The notes beneath the pieces were generated by a model. That model searched no databases. It was not told the origin of the DNA and saw only the letters and a program-made list of their open reading frames with translations. From contig OZ024742.1 in the NCBI GenBank assembly GCA_964016885.1, positions 170,686,001 to 170,750,000 of the forward strand: DNA of 64,000 nucleotides, read 5' to 3'. How positions within the stretch are numbered: position 1 is the stretch's first letter; each line of letters begins with the position of its first letter. This stretch comes from Eledone cirrhosa (Eukaryota). Positions 56,154-64,000 of this stretch are shown piece by piece. The position numbers and the translations under genes are program-made.

Positions 56154-56813
56154 AATTATTAGGGAACAAAGAATAAGTGTTGCATCATATACATATTTAA
56201 TCAACATATTACACATGTTTCACAGTCGATCAGCTCGAAGAGCAATCGATTATGTCCATTCCTGATTCCTGAATCTGGAATCAAAAGCTGCTCAGTTATG
56301 TGCTTTCACATGTAGACTCACTTCTAAAGACACCCCTGATTTTTTATTTTGGTCATCGGTTCCCCAGTACCATCGAGTGCTCATCTTGGCATACTGCCTG
56401 TGAACGCAATCCAATTGCACCCTTTACAATATATATATATATATATTAAAATAACAGATTAAAGTTTAAGCAAACAATCGCTACTTTCACCCTTAACGGG
56501 ATCTTCTGAAACTAAAAAAATCAATCTGTGAAGGCAGAAGTTAATATTTCGAAAAACGTTGCAACCGGAGGAAGACAGGAAGACGATACTTTGGTTTGTG
56601 GAGACGTTCCCTGGCAAAGAACGGAAAAAAACGAAGATAATACGTCATTATTTTGAGCGGTGATAACAATTACGCGCTCAAACAAAACTACGTTTATGGT
56701 ATAACTGAAGTCGTAGACTAAAATTCTATTAGGAAACCGAATGATTCTCGGCTTCTGAGTTAAGAATAATGTAAATAAATAACAGAGGTTATTGAAATCA
56801 ACAATAATTAAAT

Positions 56814-56993
56814 ATATGAAAAGAGTCAGGACTCCGACGGCTGAGCTCCGACCGTTTCGACAGCTAGATCTGAACTGTTCGGAGCTCAGCCGTCAGGGTC
56901 CTGACTCTTTTCATATTACCCACTCTACTACCCTAAGTAATGAGTACTCTGGTGCATTATGGTCCACCTGGTATCTTACCAAACCCTCCTTGT
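56814..56993 (+). mobile_element. Short hairpin element, family P
   Basis: Imperfect palindrome 56814-56917 plus the family P tail and (TA)n. Confidence 0.72.
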
Positions 56994-57019
56994 TATATAT
57001 ATAATATATATATATATAT

Positions 57020-57973
<954 letters not shown>

Positions 57974-58139
57974 TATATATATATATATGTATATATATAT
58001 AAATGTATATATATATATGTATATATATGTATATATATATGTATATATATATGTGTATGTATATATATATATATATACTTGGGGAGGGTCATATTGTAGT
58101 AATAATATTGCCAGAAATAATAACAGAACACATATATAT

Positions 58140-58171
58140 CTGATGAAGGACTAGCGTCCGAAACGTCAATA
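58140..58171 (+). ncRNA. Hammerhead family H1 copy (5' strand of stem I truncated)
   Basis: CTGATGA-A-GGAC TAGC GTCC-GAAA-CG-TC-AATA. Confidence 0.7.
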
Positions 58172-58289
58172 CCGTCTTCCTGCTATATCAGCGTTAACCT
58201 TCCCTATACTGTACCGATTGTGTTGTTATTTCTGTTTACCTTTTACATACATACATACCATACATACATATGTATATATATATATATAT

Positions 58290-58422
<133 letters not shown>

Positions 58423-58426
58423 TAAA

Positions 58427-58510
<84 letters not shown>

Positions 58511-59135
58511 TATACGTGTGTGTGTGTGAGTGTGTGTGTATAAAGATGGATAGATAGATAAATAAATATATAATCTATGTTATTTTACTTGTTTCAGACA
58601 TTGGAATGTGGAGTTCCTGAGGCAGCTGTTTGAAAGATTTTAGTCAATCATATCGATTTCAGAACATATTTCAAACTAGTTCTGTTTTATCGTACTCTAT
58701 TTATTGATTGGGAAAGTCCCCCCACTGGCGCAAAAGAAGGCAAATTGATGTATTATTCTATATTGGTATATACACATACATACACACGTGATCATTCACA
58801 CATATATACACAGACTCGCACACACCAACAAACATCCACACACATCCACGCACGCACACACACACACACGCAAGCTCACAGACACACACCATCACATGCA
58901 CGCACATACGCACACGCATTTACACTCACATATAAATGTACACACACATATGCATACAAACACGCACACACACATACATACTCATATACGACGGCACATA
59001 CACACTCATACATGCACACACACAGATGCATATTCAGACACATAAACATACGTACGCTTGCACACATGCGTTCACTTTTCGGAGACCAGGAAGACCACAA
59101 ATGCAAGTAGTACTCGATACATGTTCGAGTGCAGA

Positions 59136-59212
<77 letters not shown>

Positions 59213-59215
<3 letters not shown>

Positions 59216-59951
59216 AGAAGGAATGCTAATGGCTGCGCAGGAGCAGGCCCTCAAAACGAAGTGGTTGAAGCACCATATCTACAAGGAGGAGGCTAGCCCA
59301 CTGTGCAGGATCTGTGGAGAGAGAGAGGAGACTGTGGCTCACATTGTGTCCGAGTGTAAACACCTAGCCCAGACCCACTATAAGGGCTGGAGACACGATG
59401 TGATGGGCAGGGTGATCCACTGGCACCTGTGCAAAGTAAACAATCTACCACATTCTGAGAAATGGTATGAGCATAGGCCAGAGGCGGTGATGGAGAACAG
59501 TCAGGTGAAGGTGCTGTGGGATTTTAGGATACAGACGGACAAAAAACTGGAACACAATAGACCTGACCTGGTGGTTGTGGACAAAGAAAAAAGATCGTGC
59601 CTGATTGTGGATGTGGCCTGCCCGTTCGACACGAGAGTGCAAGAGAAGGAGAGGGAGAAAATTAACCGATACCAGGACCTAAAGTGGGAGGTGAAAAGGA
59701 TTTGGAACTGCCATGAAGTCAAAGTGATCCCGATTGTCATAGGCGCACTGGGGACTATCTCCAAAGGTTTCCAGGGATGGTTAAAGAAAATCGGCCCCTT
59801 CACGCTTTTTGGAACGCTTCAAAAGGCATGCTTGCTTGGAACGGCAAGAACCCTCCGATACGTCCTGAATATCTGAGGCTGCAGGTAGTGGCTTGATATT
59901 CAATCCAACGGACTTTCCAGTTAACCAACATCAATGACTGAGATTCAAGGA
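59213..59951 (+). mobile_element. R4/Dong-like LINE, 5'-truncated copy 1, in (TAA)n
   Basis: AAQEQAL, CRICGEREETVAHIVSEC and RPDLVV..IVDVACP..KINRY (CCHC plus restriction-like endonuclease); (TAA)n on both sides. Confidence 0.92.
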
Positions 59952-59982
59952 ATAACAATAACAATAATAATAATAATAATAA

Positions 59983-62900
59983 TACCTGAAAAGTAACCCC
60001 AAGGAGAGGGGCTACAGGAGACGGATGCATAACATCTGGAACGAGATTGGTTTATTTAAATTAGATGAACAAAAATTGGCCGGGCAGGCTCGGGTAATAA
60101 GAACTAATGGGTGGATAAGCGAGCTGGAACTGGAGGAACTGAGCAGAGAGAATGGCTTGGTGATGGCGGGTGTAGTATGCCAGACAAGCGAGCCAGTGGG
60201 AAATGAAGGTGAAGAGGTCCTGAGAACGGAGGAACCACCCGAAGCAGACAATGATCTGAATACTGAGATAAATAATACCTGGAACAGAGATACGGCCACT
60301 GAGAAGATGAATGCTGACGGGCTAGGACAAGATTCGGTTGACATCCTAAATTTAGTGGTAGATGAATTGAACAATGATAGTGGGAGACCTATGAACCTAA
60401 GATTTGTAGACAGGAAAAAGTTAAAAGAAACAACAGCTAAGGTAAACAAAGTCATCCCATACCTTGAGGCGAGGAGCCTTCACCAGTGCAACAATATCCT
60501 CAAAGCAACAGCAAATACGGTGAGGAAACTACTTGGTATAAAAGCGAGAGGAAACAACAGACAAGAAAGAGCAGAGCCGTGGTGGAAGAAGCGACTGAGT
60601 GGGCAAATCGGGGAAATGAGGAATGACATAGGAAAGCTTGAGTCACTACTGAATGGGACACTAAAAAACATAGGCACTAAAAATAGACTGGAAATAAAAT
60701 ACAAAACTAGGAGTAAAAAGCTAAATATTATCATAGAGGAATTGAAGCAACGCATTGTAGCAAAGAGTGCAAAAATCAGGCGATACGAGAACAGAGTCAG
60801 TCAGTATAAACAGAACCGCATGTTCGACAACAACCAGAAGATGCTGTTTGGACAGCTTGAGGGGAAAGAAAGAGGCAACGACTTGATCCCTGAGGCGGAA
60901 CAAACTAAAACATTCTGGAGAGGAATATGGGAGCAGGATGTTAGACATAATGACCAGGCAGTGTGGATTGAGACAGTACAGAAGGAGATCAGTGAACAGA
61001 CACACCAACAAACTGATTTGAGTATCACAGTTGAAACTCTTAAGGGGCAGGCCCCAAAACTAACCAACTGGAAGTCACCAGGCCCAGATGGTGTGCAGGG
61101 ATATTGGATTAAAAATATAACATCCCTCCACCCGAAACTAACAACCATGTTCAATGACTGCTTGATGTCAGGTGAGGTACCAGAGTGGTTGACAAAAGGT
61201 ACCAGAGTTCTGATAATGAAAGACCGAATCAAGGGTAATGATGTTACCAACTATAGACCTATCACATGTCTGTCCGTAATGTGGAAACTGTTGACGAGCA
61301 TTATGTCTGAGGAAATCTACCATCACCTCCACACAAACAACTTGTTACCGGACGAACAGAAAGGATGCCGAAAGAAGTCACGTGGTACAAAGGACCAGTT
61401 ACTTATTGATAAGATGGTAATGGGGAATTGCAAGAGGAGACACACTGATCTTGCCATGGGATGGATAGAAAAAAAGGCATTTGACATGGTGCCTCATTCT
61501 TGGATCACCAAAAGCCTGGAGATCTTCAAGGTGGCAGATAACATCAGACAGTTGTTGGGCAAAAGTATGAGGTCCTGGGAAACAGAGTTGACATCAACTG
61601 GAGAATCCTTGGGAAGCGTGAAGATCAAGAGAGGTATCTTCCAGGTAGATAGCCTGTCCCCTCTGTTGTTTGTCCTTGCCCTGATGCCCCTGACCAGTGT
61701 ACTGCGAAGAGTGAGAGCAGGATACGAGTTGGGAAAGTGAGGGCTTACCATCAATCACCTCCTCTTCATGGACGATCTTAAGCTCTTCGGGAAGAGTGAG
61801 AAGAAGTTGAATGTGCTTGTTGACACTGTCCGTATTTTCAGCAGTGATATATGTATGCAATTTGGTATTAGTAAGTGTGGAGTCATTGTGATGAGGAGGG
61901 GTAGGTTGAGCAGAAGTAACGGAATCCAGATACCAACAGGTGAGATGATAAAGGAAATTGACTCTGAGGAAGGATACAAGTATTTGGGCGTTCTGGAGGC
62001 TGATGGCATAAAGAACAACAAAATGAAGGAATTGTTAAGAACTGAATACATTCGGAGAGTAAGGAGCATATTGAAGTCACATCTGAACAGCAGAAATGCC
62101 ATAAGCGCAGTAAATTCCCGAGCTGTGTCTATTATTAGGTACAGTGCGGGAATTCTGAGATGGAATGTTGCTGAACAAAAAGAAATGGATAGGAAGACTA
62201 GGAAGCTATTGACTATCTACAACATGTTCCACAAGAGGAGTGATGTCGATAGACTATACTTAAGGAGATCTGAGGGTGGAAGAGGTCTTATCAGCATAGA
62301 GGACTGTGTTCAGATGGAGAAAAAAAACCTACACAAATACGTGACTGATAGTAAGGAGCCAATGCTCAGAACTGTACTGAAGGAGGAGACAATAGGCCAG
62401 GGGATGTCCAAGGAGGAAATAACATCAAGGAGAAAGAGCAGCCTTCAGGAAAAATCCCTTCATAGTACCTTCTTTGAGAAAACTGAATTTAGAGATCCAC
62501 AGACATGGAACTGGTTGAAAAGAGGAGACCTTAAAAAGGCTACAGAAGGAATGTTAATGGCTGCGCAGGAGCAGGCCCTCAAAACGAAGTGGTTGAAACA
62601 CCATATTTACAAGGAGGAGGCTAGTCCACTGTGCAGGATCTGTGGAGAGAGAGAGGAGACTGTGGCTCACATTGTATCCGAGTGTAAACACCTAGCCCAG
62701 ACCGACTATAAGGGCTGGAGACATGATATGATGGGCAGGGTGATCCACTGGCACCTGTGCAAAGTAAACAATTTACCACATTCTGAGAAGTGGTATGGGC
62801 ATAAGCCAGAGGCGGTGATAGAAAACGATCAGGTGAAGGTGCTGTGGGATTTTAGGATACAGACGGACAAGAAACTGGAACACAATAGACCTGACCTGGT

Positions 62901-63277
62901 GGTTGTGGACAAAGAAAAAAGATCGTGCCTGATTGTGGATGTGGCCTGCCCATTCGACACGAGAGTGCAAGAGAAGGAGAGGGAGAAAATTAACCGATAC
63001 CAGGACTTAAAGTGGGAGGTAAAAAGGATTTGGAACTGCCATGAAGTCAAAGTGATCCCGATTGTCATAGGCGCACTAGGGACTCTTCAAAAGTTTCCAG
63101 GGATGGTTAAAGAAAATCGTCCCTTCACGCTCTTTGGAACGCTTCAAAAGGCATGCTTGCTGGGAACAGCAAGAACCCTCCGATACGTCCTGAATGTCTG
63201 GGGCTGCAGGTAGTGGCTTGATATTCATTCCAACAGATTTTCCAGTTAACTAACATCAATGACTGAGACTCAAGGAG
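59983..63277 (+). mobile_element. R4/Dong-like LINE, long copy 2, in (TAA)n
   Basis: Single RT-CCHC-RLE ORF, 3'UTR shared with copies 1 and 3, and (TAA)n at both junctions. Starts inside the N-terminal domain. Confidence 0.93.
60025..63213 (+). pseudogene. R4-clade ORF (RT plus RLE) with an in-frame TGA at 61738-61740
   Basis: NWKSPGPDG, NYRPITCL, EQKGCR, KKAFDMVPH, GIFQVDSLSP, HLLFMDDLK and YKYLGV. Both ORF halves share one frame. Confidence 0.92.
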
Positions 63278-63309
63278 TAATAACAACAATAATAATAATA
63301 ATAAAAATA

Positions 63310-63882
63310 TATAAGGGCTGGAGACATGATGTGATGGGCAGGGTGATCCACTGGCACCTATGCAAAGTAAACAATTTACCACATTCTGAGAAGTGGTATG
63401 AGCATAAGCCAGAGTGGATGATAGAAAACGATCAGGTGAAGGTGCTGTGGGATTTTAGGATACAGACGGATAAGAAACTGGAACACAATAGACCTGACCT
63501 GGTGGTTTTGGACAAGGGAAAAAGATCGTGCCTGATTGTAGATGTAGCCTGCCCATTCGACACGAGAGTGCAAGAGAAGGAGAGGGAGAAAATTAACCGA
63601 TACCAGGACTTAAAGTGGGAGGTAAAAAGGATTTGGAACTGCCATGAAGTCAAAGTGGTCCCGATTTTCATAGGCGCACTAGGTACTATCTCAAAGAGTT
63701 TTCAAGGATGGTTAAATAAGATTAGTCCAGCCCCGCTTTTTGGAACACTTCAAAAGGCATGCTTGCTGGGAACAGCAAGAACCCTCCGATACGTCCTGAA
63801 TGTCTGAGGCTGCAGGTAGTGGCTTGATATGCATTTCAATAAACTTTCCAGTTAAATAACATCAATGACTGAGACTCAAAGA
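63310..63882 (+). mobile_element. R4/Dong-like LINE, 5'-truncated copy 3, in (TAA)n
   Basis: RHDVMG...RPDLVV...LQKACLLGTARTLR, with the same 3'UTR as copies 1 and 2. Confidence 0.92.
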
Positions 63883-63914
63883 ACAATAATAATAATACTA
63901 CTACTAATAATAAT

Positions 63915-64000
63915 GATTTCATTTATTAGCCACAAGGGCCGACATGTAGGGGACAATACAAAGACAGGGACAGTGGGGGTTTACAATAAGGTCGAGTAAA
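63915..64000 (-). mobile_element. 3' end of a Tx1-family element running off the window, abutting (TAA)n
   Basis: Minus strand TGTAAACCCCCACTGTCCCTG...CCCTTGTGGCTAATAAATGAAATCATTATT resembles the other Tx1 3' ends. Confidence 0.6.

Noticed and set aside
61738-61740. In-frame TGA in the R4 ORF as programmed readthrough or selenocysteine
   Set aside because: The same copy has other lesions (WIEKKAFD short by a residue, QVD for QGD) and the site is a variable loop, so a nonsense mutation is more likely.

Overview
AT-rich, microsatellite-saturated animal DNA; the SINE types and repeat content suggest a cephalopod such as octopus (inference only). I cannot support a host protein-coding gene, and most ORF-track entries are microsatellite translations. 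The window is a patchwork of retroelements sitting in simple repeats. (1) Three diverged L1/Tx1-clade LINEs lie head-to-tail on the minus strand (18.2-32.1 kb), with further 3' stubs, and nearly all abut (GATA/TCTA)n. (2) Three R4/Dong-like restriction-like-endonuclease LINEs sit in tandem in (TAA)n (59.2-63.9 kb). (3) There are decayed Penelope-like (GIY-YIG) elements and many short fold-back derivatives in (TA)n/(CA)n, carrying minimal hammerhead ribozymes of several families, including U3-A8 core variants. (4) tRNA-derived SINEs, a CRE-like fragment and a 60-bp tandem array complete the picture. The most striking observation is that the Tx1 copies keep positionally conserved splice signals: a ~124-nt 5'UTR intron, a donor overlapping the ORF1 stop and an acceptor overlapping the ORF2 stop. 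ORF2 may therefore be an intron whose removal regenerates an intact ORF1 mRNA.
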